Source: Macrostomum hystrix
Taxonomy: Eukaryota > Animalia > Platyhelminthes
DNA length: 64,000 bases
Assembly (NCBI GenBank): GCA_950097015.1
Contig: CATNEN010000003.1
Span: 62,001-126,000 of the forward strand
Reading direction: 5' to 3'
Shown here: piece by piece, positions 37,409 through 50,100 of the stretch
How positions within the stretch are numbered: the stretch's first letter is position 1
Layout: the number at the start of each line of letters is the position of its first letter
Notes under the pieces: generated by a model
Database searches by the model: none
Seen by the model: the letters and a program-made list of their open reading frames with translations, nothing else
What the model was told of the DNA's origin: nothing
Made by a program: the position numbers and the translations under genes

Positions 37409-38030
37409 TGCAGGTCCTATATAGCTGATGTACTCACATTAAAAATGACAGCGGATTCATTCAGAAAAAACGCAGAACATTTCTACCCTCGTACCGGCAA
37501 TTGCGAATAACAAAAAGTTACTGATATTGCGGTGTTCTATCACAAAGCAATAAAAAAATGAGGAAAGTAGTTATAGTTTATAATTGCCTTACAAAATTAC
37601 CACTCGGCATAGACAAACTTGAGCACGGTGTCACATGTATTTTAATATATAATACAGACCCATAAGTATTTAACATTAAGAGGATCGTTAACAATAATTG
37701 CTTAGCTGTAGCTGTATTACTATAAGCCTGCATTACTTTAAACTCTTACAACTTAAGACACGCACGAGCTTTCAGGTTGGTTTAGTATGAAAAGATTCAT
37801 ACGATGGGATACACTATAGCAAAAATGGTTTGTTTAGATTTAGAGCTTCCAAAGTTTAGCTCTGCATCAAGTACAGTTGTGCCCACAAGTAACTGGTTAG
37901 TTCAATTTATCTACTGTCAGCTGCAATTTGATTTGATTCGCTATGACATTTTAACGCATGGGATGTGCGGCGCAAGGCTTTTAATTTGTTTTATATTTAA
38001 GCCAAATGCATTTGTTCAGTTCTCCCAGAT

Positions 38031-38779
38031 TAGGGGTGCTCCGGGTTTCGGGTTGCGTTTTGACACTGGGTTCGGGGTTTTCGGGTTTTTAATATTTTTA
38101 CGAGTTGAAACGAAATAACTATCATTCTAGTATGCTCGTATGGGCAACAATTTACGCAAAAATAAAATAAGGCTTCGTCAAGAATCCATTTAGAAAAAAA
38201 TCAATTTTTTTAATACTATAGCCTTCTCCAAGCAAAAGAAGACCCTGCCTATTAGTGCATTTGCATTTCTTGCATTATACTGAGCTAAGGAATGTCTTCA
38301 CTAATATTATTAATAAGCAATCATATTATTTAATGTTTTAATGACAGAATCTTGAATATTTCGCATTGCGTCTAATTACGAATCCGCTGATTCCAAATTC
38401 TGTGGCATGTCTCTATGTTAAAATGAAAAAATCGATGTGATTTTCTGAAATTTAGTTGAATTTTAGACAGTCAACATGAATGAACAATTAATAACTATAT
38501 TATGATATGATGTTGTTTATGGTAATATGAAGCCTTGAACGTTAGAGAACTTAGAGCCATTGAAGAAAAGCTGATAATATAACCCTTTTGCAGTGTCTCG
38601 ACATGATACTACAGTTTTACTTTCCAAGCGCACTTTAAAAAATACGAAAAAATAGTGCAATTATTTTGATTCTGATTGAGTATTGAGTCTACCCGTTTTT
38701 TCGGGGTCGGGTCGGGTTCGGTGTTCGGGGTTAGAGCTTCTACGCCGAAACCGAAAAAATGGAAACCCGAACACCCCTA
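38031..38779. mobile_element. Non-autonomous hAT element
   Basis: TIRs TAGGGGTGcTcCGGGTTTC / GAAACCCGAACACCCCTA; perfect 8-bp TSD TCCCAGAT at 38023-38030 and 38780-38787; subterminal TCGGG repeats. Confidence 0.92.
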
Positions 38780-39041
38780 TCCCAGATATGATTGGCTACC
38801 ACTTTTCGCTCTTGGGTATTGGCGATTGGCAATCCTCAGAGACAGTGGGGAAGCTATGGTCAGTTAATTGACACGCATTCGGTAGGAGTAGTCATTAGAA
38901 ATTTCGAAGATCAGGAAAACTCGCGATGACATAAGTACGTTTGTATCGATAATATAATTTAACGTTATTAGTAACCACTCGGCTTTCGAATAAACTGTCC
39001 TCGACTTGAACTCAGACAGTTGATTGGAAAAGTTTAGCAGC

Positions 39042-41872
39042 TTAAACTGCATTACCGGACAAGTAATCTGGGGGTCTCCAGCTAAGACAGGAAGGATCGG
39101 CCAGCCGCATGTAAGTGGATAGGCATGCGGATAATTTCTGTCGTAGGCGAGCCTTATCGGCCAGAATGTAGTGCTCGCCACGCCAGTACTTAAGAAGCTC
39201 TAGAGACTGTAATGTGCTGACAATATCATTGGCGTGAATACCGGTCTCTTGGCTAAGATCACGAACGCTAATGTCGGCGCCTTGGTGATCTAGCAACCGA
39301 CTAAGCAATGCCCTAGTCCAGTATTTGCGATAGGCGGCCAAGCCCGCATCAGACAATGGGCGCTCAGGAGACCCGACGCTGCCCTCCAGCTGGCTAATTC
39401 GATAGCTCAAGTCGATCAATAGGAAGCCATATCCTTTGCGCATGTGGTGCGGCAGGACCTGTGGATGCGTTTTCCGAGGATTGTTAGTGGAAGCTGAAGA
39501 CTTAAAAACTCCATGAAAAATATCGATGAGATTTGCTCACAAGTAGACAGGACAGGTTATAGTTAAGCAGAGATCGCTTCTCCTTGGAAAAATAGCCAAT
39601 GAGTCTACAGCCGGTCTGGTCAGCCTCTGTCAGCACGTAAAATACAAAAGCCTCAACGCCTTCAACCAGTGTTTTGTGCCGGATGAAGAATTTGGCCAGG
39701 CGGCACAGACTCTGGCAGTAGGCGCGGAAATGCCGGCCGTCAACTTCAAATAGGGACACCTGGCCTGCGTAAGGTGAGAAGTGCGGAACTCAATTGAGAA
39801 GTGGATTTAGGACTCAATCTTGATTTTTTGCAAACGCTACCCCATGCTTTGGATCTGTAAGGAAGAAATACTACTACCTTGAGATCTTGCACAATGTAAA
39901 GATCATTTGCATGGGAAAATTATGCTTTTGCAAATGAGAGTGGACCAAGTATGCACAGCACAGAAAAATGCCCTGGCAGACCACAAATAGGGATAAGGAA
40001 AGAATTCAAACCATAGAAACAACTTTTGGGATCTTCGCCAGTGAGTCAGTCATCGATGTAGATCACAGATCCTATATACACAGCGCAGCCAGCAGCAGAA
40101 GAATCTTTGAGTTCATGAAACTTCTCGGCTTCTATGCAAGGTCAACTTTCTTTTGACCATCACTGTCGACTTCTCCGTCTGCCAAGCATTTTTCAGACTT
40201 TTCTGGCCTTACTGCAACTCACGATTCCGACCATAGACATTTGCAAAAGCGTTCCACATAAGCTAATGGAAGTGAACCATCCAGTGTATATAGGATCTGT
40301 GATGTAGATATGAACATTTTAGATAGCCATGTGTAGTGAGCCACTGCTTAGGGGCCTATTGGTGTCTCACTACCTGTAAGGTAGCTTAGGTGTCCCCTTT
40401 TGCTGGCATTGAGAGGCTGCCCGGCCCGCCCTCTCTGGCGTTGTCTGGTCTGTCCCTCTCTGCCCCTCCCTTCCCCGGCCGCGCCTGTACTTTGAGTGTG
40501 CTGTCTCCTCCCCCCAGGGATGAGTCATCACCTCTTTGTCCCGCGCTGGCTTCGTTGTTCCCTGTCCCTTTTCTTTGTGTGTGTTTGTCTGCCCTCAGTC
40601 AGCACGTGATTCTCCTCATGTGACTGGTCTCTCTCTTTTTCTGTTTGACGTAAACATGTTTACTGTACTTGGGGCTTTGATTATGGGACAGGAGCCTACG
40701 TAGGAGTGACGTTTCTGGCGCCACCGACGTCAGTTGCTATTTTTAGAAACCACGTGATTCCATGATCCATCACGTGTTTTCTAACTCTGCACTGACCCTA
40801 TGGGAGGCCCTTGCCTATAAAAGAAAGCCCCCGCTCCTCTGGCCCTCAAACGGCCGACCTTTCCCTGGCGTAATTTCAGTCTTGGTCTAGTTCCTCTTCA
40901 TTGTCAGTGCTTTCAGTGTCTAAGTTTCCCTCTTCAGTCTCTGCGTGTGACTGCTCGCAAGCTCAGTTCTGGCTAAGTCCCGAAACTAACTTAGCCTCCC
41001 ACCACCACTACGAGCTACGCAGGACGCTGACAGCCTTTAACTTCGACTGGAACTCTGCACAGTGTGCTTCTTAAAGATTTCGTGACTTCATCTCTTTCGG
41101 GCCAAGGATCCTTCACCTCACCGAAGGCAGAAGTCCTGACGCCCTGGTGGCAGCGCTACTACTACACTACCTAGAAATCTTGGACTTCATATTGGAGTTC
41201 GCCGGATCCCGCATAGTTAGCAGGACGACCGGTACAACACATGCCAATAACAAAATAAATAATAGGCTTGTGACTGTTCAGCTATTATTAAATCGAAAAC
41301 ATACAATAGAAAATAAATGCGACCATCCCACCTTCCCGATAGACTTCGGCTCCGGGCGGATGTCGACAGGAGCACTTGCGCGAGTGTCGCGTCAAGGACA
41401 ATCGCTGGGTGAAACAGGCCAGACAGAATTCGCAGTAGTGTAGCACAGGTACGCAAGCCAGGTCCGCTGGTAGGCAAGATTTGTACCATACGTCTAGCAT
41501 GGCATTGCCAACTGCAACCTGGGAGAGATTAAGTAGGATTACAGCCTTGAAACTAACCCACGATTTGAGCGAAAAGCGATAAAGTTTCCTCACCTGTTCA
41601 ACCTGATAATCCGAAGGCAACATGCGCCAATGGGCGAGCATATCCTGCTCTGGATCTGATGCTAGAGCAGTTTGCGCCTCGCGAAATAACTGGAGTGACT
41701 GATGATTCTCCAGCGGCACCTGCGTCAGGTCGGGCTCGCATGGCTGGCCAACCCGGTGCCGATATGTTGGACAGGCGCTCAGAGTGCAGTGATGGCCAAG
41801 CAATGGGTTCACATGACCGCGAGAGTCGCAACCCTTGACTGGACAACGATTGACAGCTAAGGCATTGGCCAT
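39042..41872 (-). CDS. MYST-family histone acetyltransferase, KAT7/HBO1-like; exons 41872-41594, 41518-41332, 39764-39541, 39458-39042
   Basis: [19 protein letters not shown]2HC finger; CEFCL..H..KC..RHPPG.EVYR; [45 protein letters not shown]; phases consistent, 369 codons. Confidence 0.9.
40375..41166 (+). mobile_element. Solo LTR in the MYST intron
   Basis: TGTAAGGTAGC...GCTACTACTACA ends; 5-bp TSD CTACC at 40370-40374 and 41167-41171; TATAAAA at ~40816. Confidence 0.85.
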
Positions 41873-44548
41873 TTGGCTGATAGACACTTACTCTGTAAGG
41901 GATATGGGACAAGCTGCTTTAAGGTGCTTTACTTTGTTTCGAAAATTCTTTATGCTGTTACTAGTTATCTTCTATTGTTATACTTAACAGTAGAAAGACC
42001 TGGAGCTTTTTCCTCCTGGGGAAAGACCATGGGCCCTAAATTTGTTATGACCAAATTGAAACTTCTCATACAATTTTAAATTATCACTGCCTCTTTCACA
42101 ATAGCTTACAAAAATGTGGGTATTTAAAATGCCCCTCATGATCTTTCTACTGCTGAGTGCAAACTGTTTGGATATCCATGGCACTAGATTCTAGTTTGAG
42201 TGCTACAGAAAAGTGAGAATTTTTTACAAGGAATAACATTTTTACATATTCTGGATAATTCAAGGCTTATGCCAGAAAAAATGAAGGCTAGAATACATGC
42301 TAAAATACTTTAACATTTTAAGCTTAGCATTAAGCAAAGATGCTGGTTTTGGCATTCAAAAGCTAAAAGAAAAAAATCTAAAAAATTGGCATTGAAACAA
42401 AGTCAATTTTCACTTGTCAACAACCTTTCTTACTTGTACTTGCAACTGTTATTCATTAGTGCTACAGTGTGTTATACCCAACCTGAAAACCAAGTGTTCA
42501 CACTAAGAATGCAATGTGAAGCAAGTGCACACCAACCATACATTCCAATTTGGGCAGGCAACACCAGTGCACACACTTTTTCATGTTCTTTCCCACATTT
42601 TGGCATGTACAACATGATCCAGACTAAAGGGGAATAACAAGCCAATACTCAGTAGCCGAGAACAGGATTTTAAGAGAGTTAAAATATCAAAAAAGAAATT
42701 TGCAGCAATTTTTTAAATTATACAATGCACTTTTGTTGTAGCTAGTGTGCAGATATTCTGCCTAGCCTATTTCTTTAAGGATCTCAATAGCAGGACCATC
42801 AAGTCATTTTGCTGGATGTTAATTGTTAATATGCCAAGGGGGATTTTTCCACAAGTGGCAGTAAGCCAAATATGGACACCCTCATTTGAATTTTTCCTAT
42901 TTCATTGATCAAACCTCAATAAAGCTTAACCACAGGACCCTTGCCTAGTCTTTCAACCAAACAGTCACCACCCCAACGCTAGCAATATCATAAGCAAAGT
43001 GCATCACACTAAAAATGGACTTCCTAAAGTTATTATTTTTATTTTACTGATGAAGCCTTAATATTGGCCTATATGCTGAAGGTCTAGCAGTTCTCTCCAG
43101 ATAAAGGTATGTAATCAAACAAAGTTGGAGATGATGCAAGCACATTTAAGTGACATGTTAATGAATTTTGAAGGCTTTGGGAAGGTGACAGCTCTAAGAG
43201 AAAAATCATGTCTAAGGCCAGAACCATTAAATATCACAATAGTCAGAAGACTGAAAGGCTAGCGACATTATTTTTGTTTCAGAAGATGTACAACAAAAAG
43301 TTGGGTTGTGTTCTTGAGTTTCTTGTGTTTGTAATACTTAGTCTTCAAATATGTAAAAGTAAAATAAAAATGTAACAATAAAAAATTTAATAGGCCCCCC
43401 TAGGCCCCTATATAGAAATTATAGCAGATGAGTTTGTACAAAGTTTACAGTGGAGCAGAGCAGACACATTGCAGAAAAGTAGCAGACAAAAAGACCCAAA
43501 CTTTATTCAATCAGAGAGTAAAATTTCTAGTGTAACCTTCTTGAATATCTATGCCTATTGTCTAGGGCTATAAGTCACAAGTGCAAAGCCTAACTATATG
43601 TAATGTAGGCCTAGGCCTATAAGGTATCAGGCCATGGGTAAAATACGATCAGATCATTTAAAAAATAACTCAAAGACAAGATCTCCCACATTCAATGTAT
43701 CTGTCAATTTTAGGTCTTTTTATCTAAATAAATTAAATCCAAAGTTCTAGCTACAAAACTTTTTTCTAACAGAAATATTTACTTAGGTTTGGAAGAAAAG
43801 ACAAATTTATTAAGACCATTCGAGGTTAAAACTTTAGAGCAATTTGTGTGTTTTATCATGCCGAACATGCAATCTGTTTGGTTTTTAATTTTGAGTAAAT
43901 TTGAGTTCTTATAAAAAGACAATACATAACAAAAAAACAATTTTAACAGCAGAATAAACATATTTTAAGTCGTTCACGTCGAATCACGTAGGGGCCTAAC
44001 ATTAACTGGTCGAAATACGAGAACAATTCCGAGAATAAGAAAATTAAGAGTGGTATTAGTTCAACAAAAACATAGTTCAAATATATAAAAGCAAACGAAA
44101 TTACATGCATCTTCCAGCGAGAAGTTTTCCTAAAAAACCTATAGACTCTATACTAGAATCGTAATTACAAAATAATTAAGTTATTTTTATGAAAAACGCG
44201 TACACAAGTCGTGTTTTCGCGCGAATCTATTCCACACAAATGGCCACAAATTATATGTATTCCACTATTTAATTCTACGCAAAATATATAGCTTTAAAAT
44301 ATAAACTTTTTAATAAGTGCAGATCAGTGTTCTTCATTTTTGAGTATTAGAATTTCGCACATGTCTGCCTTCTTCATGTAACATTTAGCAGGTAATTTTC
44401 TTTACTTTCTAATCTAAAAGATCTAAAATCTAAAATCTAATCTAAAAAAATCTAAAATAATGTATGTAACGGATGTGTATGAATAGGAGGTATGTATATG
44501 AGACTGATCCGGAATTGTTCAGCTGACATATGCAGCTGACACTCAATT

Positions 44549-46200
44549 CTAACACAGATTGTTCGAACGCAGGAAATCTCTGAAACCGACCAGCAGACAG
44601 CACCAGAAGGCCGCGCCGCGGCAGGATGTTAATGTACTGTCGATTATTGTGGCCTGAACTTCAACATGTGGGTGAACCGGATTTTTATCTCGCATGGGCA
44701 CCTCGCTGTCGCTTGACGCCTTGAAGGTCGAACCTCCCAGCCAGCTTGTAGAGCCACGACATCGCGTTCTGGTAGGCAGAAAAGCTAGCGAATGCGACCA
44801 TGCAGGTGCTTGAAGTGTACGTGGGTAGACGTAGAGTGACACTTTCAGTCCGTCGGCCTCTAGAGGGTGCATTCTGATCTCGCTGCAGAAGCGCTCCCGT
44901 TGTCAGCTGGGACCTGTGTGCTGGTCTCGTCCTCGGTGACAGAGCTTGGTTGAGCAGCCGGTCTCGTTTCGTCTTCAGGGGCGCCGCTGCAGCTGCTGAA
45001 TCTGTGGGATGAGATATTGACAGAAATCAGCAGTCAGGGCGTGCGATGCGACAATGTGAGAGGTCAGTGTTGAATGGATTGCAGCGAAGTAAAAAATTAG
45101 CTCATGCTTGTGGTTCAGACAAGAAGCGAGTAAAATTGCTGTGCGCATCTGCGTTTGAACTACAGGGGGCTTGACAGAGCTTGCGCAGTATTCCAGCAAC
45201 GTGACAGTTATAGCTACGCGCTCCTAGAAAATGATAACAAAAAGCAAAGGCATCACGCACTCCAGGTAGTTGATGTGCAGTCGGTGCAAAGCACCACTAA
45301 AGTCAGCTAACCAGTTGACATTACATCCGGTAGGTCTTAGCTCCATCAGAAATGACAGCGGCGTCACTGCTAGGCAAGCGTCTGATTCAACCACGAACGG
45401 GTTCAAGAAGGCCAGTCACTGTTTAAAACCATGCATCCATACAGTTTGTCGCTGATGTGCAAGTCCAGGCTATTGGTCAGGTTGATAAGCCCAGAAGTAA
45501 CGATCAAACAGCGCAGGAGACGTCACGTACAGAACCAATCGATTTTTCCGCAGAGCTTCGATCTGAAGTTGCTTTTTGCTGAATCGCTTGCTGTCAGCTG
45601 CGGCGTCCAGCAGGCTCTGCAGAGTTTCTCCTGCGGGAGAGTCAGGCGGCCTTGAGCCGTATCATGTGGATGCTGAGAAAGACCATGAACTTGCTAGGTG
45701 GAGATAGCTTCTCACAGTTGATAAAAAGCCCAGGCGGTGCAGCAGATTCGGGAGAGTGCTTATCAGCGGCCTGTCAGGCTTCCAGTCTGCTCGCTGCAAT
45801 TGCATCGAGGTAATTGCTGATGAACGGGTGCTCTCGCCGAACCACACCATGCGCTTGACCGCTTCCGAAGACAGCCGGTGGAAGATGTTGACGCTTGGAG
45901 CGAACCCGAAGCTGAGGCTGTTGTCGACGACCTGGGCACACTTTCGTCGCTGAAGGTTCACCGGAGTCCTATGATGGAGTAGGCAGCAGAACTGATGTTT
46001 TCTAACGCGCTGACGGTCGAAAAGCGCTTCTCATACTTAATGTACTCAATGATGCTCCGGCCCCGATGCAGACTGGCGTCGTGGATCAGTAGGAAGCCAC
46101 CAGAGAACTTGCCCACCGCTCCCAGCAGGGGGCTGATATGTGAGGCCTAACTGTCACTAGCATGTACGAACTATCTGATGTTCCTTAGCTTATCCAGGAT
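44549..46200 (-). mobile_element. Decayed Ngaro/DIRS tyrosine-recombinase retrotransposon
   Basis: RT relics HISPLLGAVGKFSGGFLLIHDAS..G.SI and SFGFAPSVNIFHRLS; RNase H relics ESDAC..W..HINYLE; YR relic AAFWCCLLVGFRDFLRSNNL; domain order RT-RH-YR. Confidence 0.7.
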
Positions 46201-46899
46201 CAGCTTCTCAACTTGCTCACGATTCTCAGGACAAGTGGAAGATCCGTGGTTCTCTTCGCTAGCTTCGTGATTGTTTCTCTGATTGGTGGATTTCTAAACC
46301 ATTATTGATACCATACAAGGGTGAACTCTGCGTCAGGATGCTGCGTTTATAGCCGGGGGTCCGTGCACCCAGCCAGCCCGGCGGCTAAGCTTGTGTCAAC
46401 CCACGCCACCTGAATGGTGCACCCCCATGTTTTACACGTGCTTACTTAAACTCTAACATTCTAAATAAAAAGAATCACATTTCTCGCTTGCTCAAATTTA
46501 ATATTGTTTACTCGCAAGCCGCTAAAAAAATTCGTTCATCAAGCTAACTCTCATTTTTTATATTACACTGTAATTTATTATATTACAGGTTTAGATGATC
46601 TGCTCTTGTAGATTTCAACTCAGATTTTAAATTACTAATTATTAGTTATTACTAACTAGCGATTAATTTCCCCATTGGGGAGGATGAAAATCGGGCTGTA
46701 AAGCTTACAGAAATAAAAAAGAAAAAACGATCGAACTTGAAATACTATGCATTTAAATGTTTGCAGCTAATGCGCGAAAAAATTGTTTGAAAGAAATTTG
46801 AACCACATAATCCTTGCATAATTTCTACTCTTTCTAATCTTTCAGAAATAGCGCCATCCAAATTGGTCAAGCGTTTCAATCTATAGCGTTATAAACAGT

Positions 46900-46901
46900 C
46901 T

Positions 46902-46941
<40 letters not shown>

Positions 46942-46997
46942 CACAGACAGAGAGACAGACAGACAGACAGGCAGACAGACAGAAAGACAGACAGACA
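46900..46997. repeat. (ACAG)n microsatellite, possibly within a non-autonomous Helitron-like element
   Basis: About 24 CAGA units with few interruptions. Confidence 0.9.
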
Positions 46998-47118
46998 AAT
47001 CTTAAGACTCTAGTACATTCGTATAGCGTGGTTGGTTAGGTACTGAATAATACCCAATGAGTTATCTGTTCGTAAATTAGTTCTACGAGTAATTTACAAT
47101 GCAATTGAAATGGACAGC

Positions 47119-50100
47119 TTAAAGCGTGCTTTCATCATGCATCGACCCAGTTCTAGACTGCAGCAGAGCGACCTCAGTAGCGAAATCTTCTTGCTCGAAT
47201 TCATCTTCACCCTGGTCATTCGATTCATCGCAATTTTTGTGAACCACACAGGAGAGACGAAAGTTAACTTGACGAGCGCTATCCACCGACAGAAAGTTAT
47301 TGTCAATTTGGGCAGTCATGACTTCGTCGTTGCTAATGGACAATGCAGAAGCAGCTGCAGTTGCTGCTTGATTGTACAGGCTAGGACTCGGACTAAGACC
47401 GTTAGTTCTAGACACTGTCGTGTGATTGGCTAGCTGCGACTTGGTATCAATTGTTCGGCCACCACCAAAGCCGGTCCTAGCACCGCCGTTCCAGCCTGTT
47501 GATTGGCTAGGGGAGCAGCAGAAAACGCTACGAAAGCCTTGCCGGAATTTGGCTGACATCAGGTTGTAAAATATCGGGTTTAGCGTCGAGCTGATGTAAA
47601 ATAACGATCCTGCAATTGATGTTCAGTTTGGCGTTGTTAGATACTATATCTTTTGATACGAAAACTTACAGAATAAAATCTTTCAAAAACCATTTTACTT
47701 CCGTCGCGACTTTTTTCTAAGCGAGCGGAGAAATGTAAGTTAGATTTATTTCTTTTCAACAAAAAAACATTCATACGTTTCATACATTCATACATTCACA
47801 TCTAAACTGGTGGCAAAGAATGAGGTCGGTGATAAATTCTATGCTTTGAAAAAATATAGTGACTCTTAATTCAGCATCGGTGAAGGAAAAGTTTTGATTT
47901 ATTAAATCAGCTACGAGTATATGTTTATGCGATCAATAAAAGTCAAGACCAAATTTGCTGGCATGCAAGCAGCAAACTCCCCTGTAACTGCGTTTTATTG
48001 ATACTCATTCCAGCGACCCAACTGCACATAGACCCACGGGAATATAACATTAATATGTTCGAGTAACATTTCACCTTAGCTTTAATTATCCAAATACAAG
48101 CGTATATGATTAAATGCCTATCGACTAGGCACTTGAACTCAGCAATACACGCAAGATCACTTTACTCAATATAAACGTAAGCGCTTAAACTATGTATTCT
48201 CTTGTCCACTCGGCTCTTTAACATGAACTATGACTAGGTAAAATGAAATGAGTAAAAGTGACATGTACGTAGAGTATTGCCGGGTTCCTCTGTTTCGGCG
48301 GACTCCATCCGGAAGCCATGATTGACAGGCTGCGCGCATCCCAGCCCAAAGTTGGCTAGCACAAATGTAACGCAAAAAATCGCCATCTCTTTTGTTACTG
48401 GGTTTATTGTGAGAGCCATCATTTCAGGAAACAGATTATGGGAATAGCCCATACCCATAGCAGCTGCTGAATGTTAGTACAAAAGCAACTGCCCATTAAG
48501 TAGCTGTCTTATCCGTAAACCTAATAACGGAGAATGACTGGTCGCTTGTAATACGCGGGCGCAAAGGCATTGAAGTAAATTTTACAGACTCGAATTTATT
48601 GGGCCTGTAATAAATAAAGTAAGGGCACTTTGATCAGTGATAGTGCCCCTGTAACTGCTGAAATCAGACCACATGTGGCGCCAACAACTCCGAGTGGAAT
48701 GGCGATTGGTGCAGTGATTACAAGAAGTGTTGAAACAGCAGCTGCTGATCCCGATAGAACAGATACAGATCCAAGAAGCATATTAAGGTAATCGAAGACC
48801 TTGCACTGACTATTATAGCGATTCAGTTTCTTGGTATTATGATCAATTTGCCGTTCAATATCATCTCTCATCTTTTGAATCTCCACCAATCTGAATTGCT
48901 GCGAGTTGCAAGTGAATGTAACTGGGGTTGGGTAAAGGGGTTGTTGGTTTGGAGGTGCACTAGGTTGCTCATGATCATAAAGAGTTTATTTTTTCTGACA
49001 TTTTTTGAACGAAAAAAATTATACTTTTTTATGACCTTTCTCTCAAATCTGTTGCACGCCTTGCCGCCTCCCTTGCTGCCTCTTCTGATGGTCCATCAGA
49101 TACTCTTGCTTCTTCAATGTCAATGCCTGGCAGATTATGCAGTCTCTCTAGTCGGCTAAGTCTTCTTTTCGTTTTCCCCCAGTCGTTGTATATCCTATTC
49201 AAATACTTAGTGTGTCTTGTTACGTTTTGCTCCATGGGTCTTATTGTTTCCTTTGTTTCATTTGCTAGTCTCTGAAGAGTTGCTATATCTGACTCTGCTG
49301 CTGTGAGTCGCGAACTCAATCTATCATGCACAGTACTTGATCTTAGCATAAAGGCTTCTAAATTTCGAACTTTAGTTGTATTTTCTGCTACTCTTTCTTC
49401 CACCAAGTTTTCTCGATTATCAAGAGCAGTTCTCAGAGTGTCCATGTCTGATCTCAGAGTGGTTATCGCTGCAACAAGAGTATCAAGTGTATCCCGATCA
49501 CGAACAAACTGTAAATATAGTATGTCAATCTCTTCCTTACGCTTTGCTACGTTCAACCGGAGGTCTTCCATGTTTATTTGTTGTTCGTGTTTTGCCCGCT
49601 CTAGGGCTTTCAAGCGATCTTTGATGAGTTTGATTTCAGGATTTTTTTCGTCAACATTTATATAGCGCCTGTCAAGGTAAGAAAGGTGAGCACTAGTGAG
49701 TGTGCTGCCGCGATCCAACGATTCACCTGCAAAATTAATAGACATTTTAATAGCAAATTTTTAATTACAGTTCATTTTTCTTTGTTGATCATCACAAACT
49801 GGTAAGGTTGATTCCACTTGTCATAGCAAAGATTAACGAATTCCTCCTGTGAAATCTTTCTGTTTGAGTCTTTTGTTGGATTTATAAAATGGGCAGGAGC
49901 AATCACCTCATTGTAAAATATTTTTAGCCCGTCCTGTGGAATTGTTGGAAACAGGAGGATCAGATTGCAGTTCTCGCGAATTGTTTTGTTCGGGAGCTCG
50001 AACCAGTTCTGGGCAATGTAGATTACGTTACAATTGTTATGCCGTCCTCTTGTAAAATAGTTTTCTATCTGCTTCTGTGGACCTGTCATGCAATCATCAA

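Noticed and set aside
40332-40374. Alternative LTR start at TGTAGTG
   Set aside because: No TSD; the start at 40375 gives a perfect CTACC duplication
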